Below are positions 46,557 through 56,295 of a stretch of DNA of 64,000 nt, one piece after another. How positions within the stretch are numbered: the stretch's first letter is position 1; each line of letters opens with the position of its first letter. The DNA is from an uncultured Planctomycetales bacterium (lineage in GTDB: Bacteria > Omnitrophota > Gorgyraeia > Zapsychrales > Fredricksoniimonadaceae). Location: the NCBI GenBank assembly GCA_964643325.1, contig CAZXSE010000002.1, forward strand, positions 8,159-72,158, written 5' to 3'. The position numbers and the translations under genes were made by a program. The notes below the pieces were generated by a model. The model saw only the letters and a program-made list of their open reading frames with translations, made no database searches and had not been told where the DNA came from.

Positions 46557-47800
46557 GGCTCTCTCCGCATGGGAATGGCGGTCATGGCGCGGATCTCATC
46601 TGTGACCTGCGGCCCGAAAGCAGCTGCCATCATTTTAAGATATGCCGTATCCGTGAAATATTCCATGAACGCCGTGTCCCTGAACGCAAGGACATCCTTT
46701 CCTGAAAGATGCCGCGTTGCCGCGGGCTTGAAGCGCGGGCTCATTTGCGCGTATTCCTCGCCCGTCGATGGAAGAAGGGCCCCCGCGGCCTTCATCCTGT
46801 CGTAAAGTTTACTGCCCGGATAAGGGCTCACGCAATAGAAATTCGCGTATTCACATTGCAATGTTCTTGCGAGATCGAAGGTCATGCGCATGGAATGCAT
46901 GTCATCATCCTCGAACCCGAACATGAAATTCCCCAGCACATGAATGCCCGCGTCCCTGGTCATGGCTGCCGCATCCCGGATACGCGCGTTGGAAAAATTC
47001 CCTTTCAAGGCCCCGGCGCGGATCTTTTCATTCCCTGACTCGATACCATAAGCCAGCCACCGCACCCCCGCCCGGCGCATTTTCTTGAGCAACATTGGGG
47101 TGACCGTATCCACCCGCGCATACGCCCAGATATTCAATTCTTCAGCAAAACCTGTAGCCGCCAGCGCGTCACAAACAGCGTTCACGCCCGTGTTATCAAT
47201 GGCAAAAAGTTCGTCCATCATCTTGATGTTCGAAACTCCGCGCCTGAACCAGGCCTGCACATCCGCGGCCACCAGGGCGGCATCCCGCTGACGGTAATCC
47301 GAACGGTAAAAATCCTTCACACAGCAAAAATCGCACCGGTACGGGCATGAGATGCTCGCGAATGTCGCGCCGTACGCACGGTCCTTGCGGCCCCACGCAT
47401 GCCAGTTATGCGCCCGGTATTTTTCCGCCGGGATGCGCGCCAGGTCCATACCTCCCGCCGCCAGCGGATCGAAGGGCAAATGGTCCGTATGCACATCGAC
47501 CGGGATCCCCAGCCGCCCGGCAACAAGCGTCTTGATCGCCCGCGCCGCCTCACCCTGCTGGATATGGGCCGAGGGATGCGAGCCGGTTGCCAGGATAACG
47601 ACCCGGTCCGCCGCGAGCGCTTGAAGCCGCGCGATCAACCCGTCGTTATCCAGCCCCTCGGCTTCCATGTCAATAATGCTGCCGTCACCGGATGCCTGCG
47701 CCATCAAGACAAGCCACACCGGCGGTTCGATCGCCGAAAGAGGAGCGGTCGCGCCGTAATGGGCCTTCTTGGTATTGGGTTTGACAAAGGCCGTCGGCAT
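46553..47800 (-). CDS. B12-binding-domain radical SAM protein (class B rSAM)
   Basis: N-terminal Rossmann-like B12-binding-type domain, then CPYRCDFC radical SAM cluster motif and a TIM-barrel region; 415 aa. Confidence 0.7.
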   Translation of the reverse strand: MPTAFVKPNTKKAHYGATAPLSAIEPPVWLVLMAQASGDGSIIDMEAEGLDNDGLIARLQALAADRVVILATGSHPSAHIQQGEAARAIKTLVAGRLGIPVDVHTDHLPFDPLAAGGMDLARIPAEKYRAHNWHAWGRKDRAYGATFASISCPYRCDFCCVKDFYRSDYRQRDAALVAADVQAWFRRGVSNIKMMDELFAIDNTGVNAVCDALAATGFAEELNIWAYARVDTVTPMLLKKMRRAGVRWLAYGIESGNEKIRAGALKGNFSNARIRDAAAMTRDAGIHVLGNFMFGFEDDDMHSMRMTFDLARTLQCEYANFYCVSPYPGSKLYDRMKAAGALLPSTGEEYAQMSPRFKPAATRHLSGKDVLAFRDTAFMEYFTDTAYLKMMAAAFGPQVTDEIRAMTAIPMRREP

Positions 47801-48732
47801 CAGATATTAGCGAACTGGCTTCTTTTGATGATCTGGTACGCCTTGACAAGTTCCGCGATCCCGTCGGAAAGGGACATATCCGGCTTAAAGCCCGTCTTTT
47901 CGATCTTTTCGTTCGATACGATATAATCGCGCTTATCCGGATCTTCCCCGACAGCGGCTTCCACAAAATAAAATTCCGGCACATGCTTTCTGATCTCGAC
48001 GCATAATTCCATCTTGCTCAGGTTCGCATCCGAAAGCCCGACATTATAGGGCTCCCCCCGCATCACAGCAAAATGATCAAGCGCATGCATGAACGCTTTT
48101 GCCACATCGCGCGTGTGGATGAAATTGCGTTTGAAATGCGCTTCGAAAAGCACGATAAAGCGGTCATACACCGCACGATAAACAAAATCATTCACCAGAA
48201 GATCGAGCCGCATCCTGGGGCTTGCCCCAAATGCCGTAGCCAGGCGCAGCGTGATACCATGCCCGCTGTCGAGAACAGCCTTTTCCGCGTCAACTTTCAG
48301 CCGCCCGTACAAAGAGACCGGCCGCAAAGGTGTTTGTTCCGTACAGAATTTGCCCTTCTCGCCAATGCCATAGCCGCTGTTCGTCGTCGGGAAAATGATC
48401 TTCTGCTCTTTGGAAGAGAGCTTGATGAGCATGGTAAGCGCGTCCAGGATGATCGTCTGTGCGCCAACAGGGTCTTTCGCGCACAAGGGCGCGCCTGTCA
48501 GGCACGCCAAAGGAAAGATCGCATCCGCATCCTTGATCAATTTTCCAACCAGCGCCGCGTCCCGCGCATCCCCCCGGACAATAGTAAACCCCGGGCGATG
48601 GCATTGTTCCAGAAGGGGCGTCTGCCCGTACATGAAATTATCAAGCACAACGACCTGATGCCCCGCATCCAGAAGCCGCGGCACCATGACCGATCCCAAA
48701 TACCCCGCGCCGCCCGTGACCAGTATTTTCAT
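47800..48732 (-). CDS. NAD-dependent epimerase/dehydratase (SDR)
   Basis: VTGGAGYLGS Rossmann motif; YGRLK (YxxxK) catalytic pair. Confidence 0.8.
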   Translation of the reverse strand: MKILVTGGAGYLGSVMVPRLLDAGHQVVVLDNFMYGQTPLLEQCHRPGFTIVRGDARDAALVGKLIKDADAIFPLACLTGAPLCAKDPVGAQTIILDALTMLIKLSSKEQKIIFPTTNSGYGIGEKGKFCTEQTPLRPVSLYGRLKVDAEKAVLDSGHGITLRLATAFGASPRMRLDLLVNDFVYRAVYDRFIVLFEAHFKRNFIHTRDVAKAFMHALDHFAVMRGEPYNVGLSDANLSKMELCVEIRKHVPEFYFVEAAVGEDPDKRDYIVSNEKIEKTGFKPDMSLSDGIAELVKAYQIIKRSQFANI

Positions 48733-49658
48733 GTTCCACTCCTTCGCGCTTCAAATACCCGACGAATGCCTTCTTTCAAACTGACCTGCGCATCCCAGCC
48801 CAGGGATTTCAAGCGCGCGCTATCCAGCAACTTGAACATGGCCCCGTCAGGCTTTGACAGATCCCAGGTGATCTTGCCCGTGAACCCCGCCGCTGCCGCG
48901 ACCATGTCCGCCAGATCGCGCACCGCGATCTCTTCGCCGGTGCCGATATTAACAGGCGATTCACCGTCATATTTCTCCAGCAAACACACGCACGCCGCGG
49001 CCAGGTCATCGCCAAAGATAAATTCCCTCTTCGGATTTCCGGTGCCCAGAAGTTCAACGCTGGCCCATTTTTCACGCACCGCTGTATCAAACTTCCCGAT
49101 CAAAGCGCCCAGCACATGCTCCTGCCCCGATTCATGCCCGGCCTGCAGGCTGTAAACCGTCGCCGGAACGGCCGCGATCGCATTGAACCCGTATTCCCGG
49201 CGGTACGCCTGGCACATCACGACCCCCGCGGCCTTGGCCGCCGCATAAGGAAGACTTGTCGGCTCCATCGGTCCTTGCAAAAAATATTCTTCCTTGATCG
49301 GCTGGGCCGCTTCTTTGGGATACATGCACGACGCGCCCAGGAAAAGCAATTTCTTGACGCCGCTGCGATACGCCGCATCGATCACATGCGCCTGCGCGAG
49401 CAGATTCTCCCGGATCAACTCCGCCGGATGCGCCTGGTTCTCGGCAATGCCGCCCGAACGGACCGATCCCAAAATAACAACATCAGGCTTCTCGCGCTCA
49501 AAGAACGCCGCCGTCATCACGCCATTAAGAGGATCGAATGACCCCACCGGCATGACGCCCATATATCCCCGGGCGAAGAAATGCGCGCGCAAGGACGACT
49601 CGATCACGCTCCCATGGCTCACGATCACGATCTTTGTCTGCGGCGTCAACTGCAGCAT
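48729..49658 (-). CDS. GDP-L-fucose synthase-like (Fcl/WcaG family) 3,5-epimerase/4-reductase
   Basis: Fcl-like along its whole length (KKLLFLGASCMYPK; YAAAK; TGNPKREF). The N-terminal glycine-rich cofactor motif is degenerate (SHGSVIES). Confidence 0.7.
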   Translation of the reverse strand: MLQLTPQTKIVIVSHGSVIESSLRAHFFARGYMGVMPVGSFDPLNGVMTAAFFEREKPDVVILGSVRSGGIAENQAHPAELIRENLLAQAHVIDAAYRSGVKKLLFLGASCMYPKEAAQPIKEEYFLQGPMEPTSLPYAAAKAAGVVMCQAYRREYGFNAIAAVPATVYSLQAGHESGQEHVLGALIGKFDTAVREKWASVELLGTGNPKREFIFGDDLAAACVCLLEKYDGESPVNIGTGEEIAVRDLADMVAAAAGFTGKITWDLSKPDGAMFKLLDSARLKSLGWDAQVSLKEGIRRVFEARRSGT

Positions 49659-49659
49659 A

Positions 49660-50187
49660 TCAACCTTTCGACCCCGGCTTATTGCCGCCAGAATACAGGT
49701 TACCGTCCTCGATCAAAAGCGTCGGCGTTGCGTCTTCGCGCGTCAATGCCCGTTCATACGCCGGAAAGATATCTTCGGGCCTGTTCAGTTCAACAACCTC
49801 GATGCGGCCGAACATTTTCCGGAAAGCTTCCGCGTAATTACCCACATGCTGATGGCCGGGATGCACGGGATGGTCCGGGCCTGTGGCCGTGCGGATGATG
49901 ATGCGCGGGTTAACCTGTCCTGCCGTCATATCATGGAACTTGTCGATCACATTCGCCATATCCCCCACGGCAAGCAGCAGGAAATTCTGGCGCGGATAAA
50001 TGCTGACCGGAATATGCCCGGCGAGCGCAAGGCCGAGCGTGAACTGCATCTGGAAACTTTCATTGACCGGCATCTCGATTGCCCGGCCCGCCGGAACATC
50101 CTTAAGCGTCGGATACATGAACGTCCCCGGCACGGCCGTTGTCTGGCCAAGAAAAACAACCCTGGGGTCTTGCGCCAGCCATTCCAT
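49660..50187 (-). CDS. Transketolase C-terminal-section-like protein (Pyr/C-terminal domains; split transketolase subunit B)
   Basis: Pyrimidine-binding-domain-like sequence (VVFLGQTT...ESFQMQFTLGLALAG). Start at MEWLAQ (50187) is uncertain; the track ORF starts at 50328. Confidence 0.55.
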   Translation of the reverse strand: MEWLAQDPRVVFLGQTTAVPGTFMYPTLKDVPAGRAIEMPVNESFQMQFTLGLALAGHIPVSIYPRQNFLLLAVGDMANVIDKFHDMTAGQVNPRIIIRTATGPDHPVHPGHQHVGNYAEAFRKMFGRIEVVELNRPEDIFPAYERALTREDATPTLLIEDGNLYSGGNKPGSKG

Positions 50188-50213
50188 GGTGCGTTTTAAT
50201 TCATCGAAGTAAT

Positions 50214-50825
50214 TCAAAATTTCACCAGCTTTCCGAGCCCTGAATGCGGCCAGCCGTTGGTGTACTTGAAATATTCGATCTTCGCCGCAAAGCGCGTGTC
50301 CGCGAACCATGGCACAGGCGATCCCCACACCGCGCGCGTGTCCGTCATGACGCTCAACCCGTTATCCGATACGACAAAGACAACAGGCAGATCAAAATTG
50401 ACCGCGTATTTTACGGCCTCATGAAAACTTCCCGTCTCCGCCGACATATCCCCGCAAAAAAGAAAGACCCGCCCTTTGTCCCGGCGCTGTTTGAGCGCCC
50501 AGGCCAGGCCCGTTGCCGTGCCCATCAGGCTGCCGACGATGCCGGAACAATAAATATGACGCTTGGGAAAACACAACGAAATGCTGCGACCGGCAAGAAT
50601 GGCGGCCTTAACCTCATCCCGAGGGACACCTTTTAGAAGACAGATCTCATGAGAATCCCAGTAAGCAAGAATATGATCGTCGGGGCCAATGGCATATTTC
50701 TGGAAAATACGGATAAGATCGTGCTCGCGGCCCGCGCGCAGATGGATGGGCGCCTTGATCAGCCCCCGGCCGAAGACGTCAGCGATCTCGTTCTCGAATT
50801 GAATGAGATCCTCTTTGGTAAGCAT
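50214..50825 (-). CDS. Transketolase N-terminal-section-like TPP-binding protein (split transketolase subunit A)
   Basis: TPP-binding motif GDMSAETGSFHEAVKYA (GDG-x-E-G-like) and preceding HLRAGREHD; ~204 aa from MLTKEDL (50825). Confidence 0.6.
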   Translation of the reverse strand: MLTKEDLIQFENEIADVFGRGLIKAPIHLRAGREHDLIRIFQKYAIGPDDHILAYWDSHEICLLKGVPRDEVKAAILAGRSISLCFPKRHIYCSGIVGSLMGTATGLAWALKQRRDKGRVFLFCGDMSAETGSFHEAVKYAVNFDLPVVFVVSDNGLSVMTDTRAVWGSPVPWFADTRFAAKIEYFKYTNGWPHSGLGKLVKF

Positions 50826-50829
50826 AGCT

Positions 50830-51774
50830 TTACTGCGGGTTCGCTTTGAACCATTCGATGGTCCGCTTGAGCCCCTCGCGCAACGGGACCTTCGGCTCCC
50901 AGCCGAGCTTCCGGCGCGCGAGCGTGATGTCAGGACGGCGCTGTTTGGGATCATCCTCAGGCAGCGGCGCATAGATGACCTTGCTTTTACTGCCTGTCAG
51001 CTCGAGCACGATCTTCGCAAAGGCATTCATGGTGAACTCGCAAGGATTGCCGATATTGACCGGCCCCGGCTCTTTCGAAAAAAGAAGCTTCAGGATGCCC
51101 TCAGCTTCGTCGGCAACATAACAGAACGAACGGGTCTGACGGCCATCACCATAAACGGTCACGGGCTTGCCCCGGAGCGCCTGGTCAATGAAATTCGGCA
51201 CCACACGCCCGTCATTGATGTTCATGCGCGGGCCATAAGTATTGAAAATGCGCACAACGCGCGTATCAACTTTATGTTTGCGGCGATAAGCGAACGTGAT
51301 CGCCTCGGCATAACGCTTGGCCTCGTCATAGACGGAACGCGGGCCAACAGGATTGACATGCCCCCAGTAGGTCTCTTTCTGCGGATGCTCTTTCGGGTCC
51401 CCGTACACTTCCGACGTAGATGTCAAAAGGAATACGGCCTTTTTGGCTTTCGCGATCTCAAGCATATTCTGCGTGCCGCAAGAACCGACCATCAGGGTCT
51501 CGACAGGATACTTGAGATAATCGACCGGGCTCGCCGGAGATGCCGCGTGGACCACGTAGTCGATCCGGCCCAGGACATTGAACGGCTCGGACACGTCCTG
51601 TTTGATGAATGTAAAATCCTTGTTCTTTAAAAGATGTGCGATGTTGGCTTTCTTACCCGTGATCAAATTGTCGACGCACACGACCTTGAAGCCCCGGGCG
51701 ATCAACATGTCCGTCATGTGGCTCGCCAGGAACCCGGCCCCGCCGGAAATAAGGACCACTTTCTTACCTGCCAT
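50830..51774 (-). CDS. UDP-glucuronate decarboxylase (UDP-xylose synthase, UXS) family SDR
   Basis: [11 protein letters not shown] Rossmann motif; YDEAKR catalytic YxxxK; [10 protein letters not shown] typical of UXS/ArnA-type decarboxylases. Start at [12 protein letters not shown] (51774). Confidence 0.8.
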   Translation of the reverse strand: MAGKKVVLISGGAGFLASHMTDMLIARGFKVVCVDNLITGKKANIAHLLKNKDFTFIKQDVSEPFNVLGRIDYVVHAASPASPVDYLKYPVETLMVGSCGTQNMLEIAKAKKAVFLLTSTSEVYGDPKEHPQKETYWGHVNPVGPRSVYDEAKRYAEAITFAYRRKHKVDTRVVRIFNTYGPRMNINDGRVVPNFIDQALRGKPVTVYGDGRQTRSFCYVADEAEGILKLLFSKEPGPVNIGNPCEFTMNAFAKIVLELTGSKSKVIYAPLPEDDPKQRRPDITLARRKLGWEPKVPLREGLKRTIEWFKANPQ

Positions 51775-53098
51775 GGTCTTTTCTCCCCCGGCCGATGCCG
51801 TAATATTCGAACCCTTCGGCGGTCCAGGCCTGTTCATCAAGAAAATTGCGGCCGTCAAAAACAACCGCCGTATGCATGGCCGCGTGCACGCGCGCCAGGT
51901 CAACTTTCAGGAACTCATCCCATTCCGTCAACAAAAGAACGCAATCAGCACCTTTGGCCGCAGCATAAGGGTCAGGGCAGAACTTCACGCCCTTGAGCTC
52001 ATGGCGCGCGTTCTCCATGCCCTTGGGATCATACGCCTGGATGCGCGCGCCTTCGGCTTTAAGCGCGTGAATAACATCGATCGACGCGGCGCGGCGCATG
52101 TCGTCCGTGTTCGCCTTGAACGCCAGCCCCCACACCGCGATGGTCTTGTCCTTGAGGATCCAGAGCTTATCCTCGATCAGATGAACGAACGCGGCCTTCT
52201 GGGCCTCGTTGACATCGCGAACACTCCTGAGGAGTTTAAAATCATAACCATTCTTCTCGGCGAGCCGGACAAAAGCGTCCACATCTTTCGGAAAACAACT
52301 GCCGCCGTAACCAATGCCGGCATTCAGGAACGCCCGCCCGATGCGCGCGTCATGCCCCATGCCCTCGGCGACTTTCAGGACGTCAGCCCCGACCTTATCG
52401 CACACCTGCGCCACGGCATTGATGAACGATATCTTTGTCGCCAGGAATGAGTTCGACGCGTGCTTGATCATCTCCGCGGTCGCCACATTCGTCACCACGA
52501 ACTTTGCCTTGAGCGGCCGGTATATCTCCTTGAGGATCCGTTCGGCGCGTTTGGACCCGACGCCGATCACGATGCGGTCCGGGTTCATGAAATCTGAAAG
52601 GGCCGAGCCCTCACGCAGGAACTCGGGATTAGAAGCGACATCGAACTCCAGGGAACATTTGCCGCCCTGGCGGTATTTCGCCGGAAGGTTCATCCGGACC
52701 GTCCGTTCGATGCGGTTGCCGGTCTGCGCCGGGACCGTTGACTTCTCAACCAGCAGTTTGTATGAATCCATGTTGCGGGCCACTTCCCGCGCCACATTCT
52801 CGATATAGACAAGGTCGGCCTCGCCGTTCTTCTTCGACGGCGTGCCCACGGCGATAAAAATAACCTCAGCCTTGCGGGCCGCCTCGGCAATGGACCCGGA
52901 GAACGCCAAACGGCCGTTCTTGCGGTACTTGCGCATCAAAGGCTCCAACCCCGGCTCATAAATAGGGACCTTGCCGGCCTTGAGCTTTTTGATCTTCTCG
53001 GGATTGTTGTCCACGCAAATAACATGATGCCCGATGTCAGCCAGGCACACGCCCGTGACCAGACCCACATACCCTGAACCTACGATCGCAATGTTCAT
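51764..53098 (-). CDS. ugd: UDP-glucose 6-dehydrogenase
   Basis: [13 protein letters not shown]-terminus; catalytic GGSCFPKD; 444 aa. Confidence 0.9.
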   Translation of the reverse strand: MNIAIVGSGYVGLVTGVCLADIGHHVICVDNNPEKIKKLKAGKVPIYEPGLEPLMRKYRKNGRLAFSGSIAEAARKAEVIFIAVGTPSKKNGEADLVYIENVAREVARNMDSYKLLVEKSTVPAQTGNRIERTVRMNLPAKYRQGGKCSLEFDVASNPEFLREGSALSDFMNPDRIVIGVGSKRAERILKEIYRPLKAKFVVTNVATAEMIKHASNSFLATKISFINAVAQVCDKVGADVLKVAEGMGHDARIGRAFLNAGIGYGGSCFPKDVDAFVRLAEKNGYDFKLLRSVRDVNEAQKAAFVHLIEDKLWILKDKTIAVWGLAFKANTDDMRRAASIDVIHALKAEGARIQAYDPKGMENARHELKGVKFCPDPYAAAKGADCVLLLTEWDEFLKVDLARVHAAMHTAVVFDGRNFLDEQAWTAEGFEYYGIGRGRKDHGR

Positions 53099-53116
53099 CC
53101 TTAAAAGCCCTTTATG

Positions 53117-55282
53117 TTATTCTGCCGACGGCGCGCCCGCAGCAATATGGCTGAACACGGTTTCATTCCCCGTCGATACCGAGGGGAACGCCTTAAGGCG
53201 GAACACGATCCATACCTCATTGCCGCCGTTCTCATCCACGCTCTTGTTCTTGAACGCAAGTTCCACTTCCCAGGAATGCAGGTCGCGCACGATCGCGTAC
53301 TGGCGCTCCTGCCACTTGCCATTATCCACGTTCCAGCGCTCATAAACAGCGACCCGCCATTTGGGATTGAACCTGTATTCCCAGTTCGCGGTCACCACAT
53401 CATCGTCATCGCGCGTATAGCGGCGGCTCAGGTCAAAAGCCCAGTTCTTCTGGCTGTTGAAGTAGGCGTCAAAATTCGCGGTCCTTAAGTGCTGATGGTC
53501 ATTGTCGTAAGTCATGTCCGTGAAGAACGAGAAATACTTGTTCGGCGTCGCATCCACATCCAGCGTCACATCGCCAAAACTTCCCGACGAAGGATTATCT
53601 TTGAGCCGGAAATCCGTGCTAAGCAACGCCCTGATCAGATCAACGCTCGCCCCGTTGCGCTTGGTTTGCAGCTTGTTCTCCAGGCCCAGGCTGAACTTGT
53701 CGATCTGCGCGCGCGAGTCGATCGTGTCGTACTGATAGAACTTGTCACTGGCCATGGTCGGCTTGTGCTGGTACATGTACGCCACCGTCGGCGTTACCAC
53801 ATGGCGCAGGCGGTTGACCTCGATGCCGTATTTGTTGAAATTCACATCATAGATCTTATAGAACTTGGTGCTGACATCCGACCCTGTCCTGAAAATGCCG
53901 CGCACGGAATCATCATCCTCGCGGCTGAGCGCCCGGGAATTGTAGGTATGCTCGGTCCCCACGAACGGGCGGAATTCCAGGAAAGACACCTTGAACGGGC
54001 GTGACAGCTCATTGTCCGTGTCCGCGCGCAAGGTGTGATTGCCGATATCCGACGGGCTCGCGTTCTTCTGCTCAAGATTGGTAATGACATTCGAACTCTT
54101 GACATAGAACCCGGTGTCACCGATCTGCTGGCTGGAGAGCGAAAAGGCCGCTTCCGGCAGGCGCTGCACCCCGGCCTCAAAACGGTTCACGCGGACATCC
54201 GCGCGCAGGGACGTCGTCGTGATGGGCGTCGTGTGCGTCAGCAAGGCATACGTCGGCGGGCTCTCGTCCGCGCGGTATTCCTTGGCAAAATAGGTCTTAA
54301 GGAACTCGCTGTCCGTGACCTTGTAATACTGGCCGATAAAGGAAGTCGATGGGTCGATCTGGGCCATGTGGCGCCATTCGATGCGGTAGCGCTCACGCTC
54401 CCAAACGGGTGTTGTGCTGCTGTCCCATCCCCGGCGGGCATCTGTGTTGCGCTCGTTCATGTAATACGTGCGAACAAGTCCCTTGCCGTAAGGCTCGGCG
54501 TTATACTTCACGTCAACGCCCCAGGCAACGCCCTTAAGCTCGCGCAGGTCCAGATGATAGCTCGTCTCAACGCGGTCCGTGACATTGACCCGGTACGTCG
54601 TCAAGAGGAACGCACCGAATCCTTTCTTGTACCCCGGCATAACGCGCACGTGCGGCCGGCCGTCGCCGAGATACTGCGTGTACTTGGGCATGTACATGAC
54701 CGGCATGCCGCCCACATACATCACGGCATCCCGCGCCACGGCCTTATCCGCAGGATAAACATCCATCCGGCGGGCCTTGATGCGATATTCAGGATCGTCA
54801 TAATCGCTGGTGGTCAGGTATCCCTCATGCACCACATAATAGTCCTCACGGACCTTGATGATAGAACGACCCTTGCCGTAGATCGGGTCTGCCATGATCC
54901 GGGCATTGGTGAACTCGCCTTTTTTCGTTTCAAAATTATAAAAGACCTTCTCGGCCCAGACCTTACCTTGATCGGACTCAAGGACAACATTGCCCTCGGC
55001 GTGCGCCTCTTTCTTGTCGCGGTAGAATTCCAGCTTGTCGCAAAAGAGCACGGCGTCATTCTGCTTGAGATAAACATTGCCGCTGGCAACGAACTTGCCC
55101 TCTTCCGCCTTGTACTCAATGGAATCGCCATTGAGCTCGACGGGTTCGGCCTTGCTGGAAGATGCGGCCGGCGCTCCGACGTTCCCGTCCGCAACATCCA
55201 CCGCCCCTGCGGGCATGGGTGTCATCCACGTCGCGGCGTACAATACGCATGCTGTAATGAAGGATCGTTCAGTTCTTGTCAT
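53117..55282 (-). CDS. lptD: LPS-assembly outer-membrane protein LptD (OstA family)
   Basis: Signal peptide; N-terminal OstA/LptA-like beta-jellyroll (NGDSIEYKAEEGKFVASGNVYL...); C-terminal ~500-aa beta-barrel rich in aromatic residues. Confidence 0.8.
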   Translation of the reverse strand: MTRTERSFITACVLYAATWMTPMPAGAVDVADGNVGAPAASSSKAEPVELNGDSIEYKAEEGKFVASGNVYLKQNDAVLFCDKLEFYRDKKEAHAEGNVVLESDQGKVWAEKVFYNFETKKGEFTNARIMADPIYGKGRSIIKVREDYYVVHEGYLTTSDYDDPEYRIKARRMDVYPADKAVARDAVMYVGGMPVMYMPKYTQYLGDGRPHVRVMPGYKKGFGAFLLTTYRVNVTDRVETSYHLDLRELKGVAWGVDVKYNAEPYGKGLVRTYYMNERNTDARRGWDSSTTPVWERERYRIEWRHMAQIDPSTSFIGQYYKVTDSEFLKTYFAKEYRADESPPTYALLTHTTPITTTSLRADVRVNRFEAGVQRLPEAAFSLSSQQIGDTGFYVKSSNVITNLEQKNASPSDIGNHTLRADTDNELSRPFKVSFLEFRPFVGTEHTYNSRALSREDDDSVRGIFRTGSDVSTKFYKIYDVNFNKYGIEVNRLRHVVTPTVAYMYQHKPTMASDKFYQYDTIDSRAQIDKFSLGLENKLQTKRNGASVDLIRALLSTDFRLKDNPSSGSFGDVTLDVDATPNKYFSFFTDMTYDNDHQHLRTANFDAYFNSQKNWAFDLSRRYTRDDDDVVTANWEYRFNPKWRVAVYERWNVDNGKWQERQYAIVRDLHSWEVELAFKNKSVDENGGNEVWIVFRLKAFPSVSTGNETVFSHIAAGAPSAE

Positions 55283-56201
55283 GACACATGAGGACCTTGG
55301 CCCCTATAATGCCGGCGTCGTCGTCCAATTGCGCCTTGATGATGCGCGCCATCTCGGCCTGCGTCCGCATGGCGCGCCGGCGAAGCGTCCGGGCGATCGC
55401 GGGCTCGAGGAATGCAAAACTGCGGGACACCCCGCCCCCGATGACCACAGCCTCGGGGTTCAGGAGATTGACCGGCCCGATGAGCCCGTAGCCCACCTTT
55501 TCGCCGGTCATGTCCCAGAATTTCAATGCCTTCTTCTTTCCTTCAACAGCTTTCTGATAAACCTCTTCCAGCGTGATCGCGGGCTTCTTGAACAGCTTGC
55601 CCGCGCTTTTTTGCAATTCCTTGTTACCGACATACCGCTCAAAACAACCCCACCCGCCGCAGCCGCAATCCGGCCCGTCCTCATTGAGCGGCGCGTGGCC
55701 GATCTCGCCCGCCGCAAATCCCGGCCCGCGATAGATAGCATTGTTGATCACAAGGCCGGCGCCCACGCCCGTCCCGATGGTCATGACGATCACGTTGGCA
55801 AACCCCTTGCCCGCGCCATAGCGCCACTCGCCGAGCGTGATCATGTTCACGTCATTCTCGAGCTGCACGCGCATGCCCAGCTTCTTTTCCATGAACTTTT
55901 GCAGCGGCACATCCTTCCAGCCGACAATATTCGGCAGGACGCGCACGATACCCCGCTCGACATCCACAAGCCCCGGCAATCCGACGCCCACACCATGGAC
56001 CATGTCCTTGAGGACACGCTCCTTGCGCAGTAGAGCGCCCACCCCTTCGCACAGCGCCCCGGCAAGCCTCTCGGGTGTCGCGGAAAAGTTCTTCGTGGAG
56101 AATGAAAGCCGCGCGGCCACGTCGCCCCGGTTATCGACCAGGCCGAGCTTGACGTTCGTCCCGCCGACATCAATACCAATAGTATATTTCTTCATCATCA
56201 T
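55269..56201 (-). CDS. glk: ROK-family glucokinase
   Basis: IGIDVGGTNVK ATP-binding motif; ROK zinc motif CGCGGWGCFE. Confidence 0.8.
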   Translation of the reverse strand: MMMKKYTIGIDVGGTNVKLGLVDNRGDVAARLSFSTKNFSATPERLAGALCEGVGALLRKERVLKDMVHGVGVGLPGLVDVERGIVRVLPNIVGWKDVPLQKFMEKKLGMRVQLENDVNMITLGEWRYGAGKGFANVIVMTIGTGVGAGLVINNAIYRGPGFAAGEIGHAPLNEDGPDCGCGGWGCFERYVGNKELQKSAGKLFKKPAITLEEVYQKAVEGKKKALKFWDMTGEKVGYGLIGPVNLLNPEAVVIGGGVSRSFAFLEPAIARTLRRRAMRTQAEMARIIKAQLDDDAGIIGAKVLMCHDKN

Positions 56202-56295
56202 TATACGATTTTACAGGGCCCTGGCATCAGCCGGTGATTTTGAGGATGTATTCTACATAAAAGCCGCTGTGAATTCAATGAAAGATTCCCGCCCC

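Noticed and set aside
48729-49658. Possible pseudogenisation of the Fcl-like gene because the GxxGxxG motif reads SHGSVIES
   Set aside because: The reading frame is intact over 309 aa and the catalytic Ser/Tyr/Lys residues are conserved. It is more likely a divergent cofactor-binding variant than a pseudogene.
54035-55291. 418-aa plus-strand ORF
   Set aside because: It is antisense to lptD, which has its signal peptide, OstA domain and beta-barrel. It is a high-GC artefact.
56202-56295. TATAAT hexamer immediately upstream of the glk ATGs (possible leaderless mRNA) and a 12-bp perfect palindrome ccagggccctgg
   Set aside because: A single hexamer match in 94 bp is not significant on its own. 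glk overlaps lptD upstream and is probably co-transcribed. Noted but not called.
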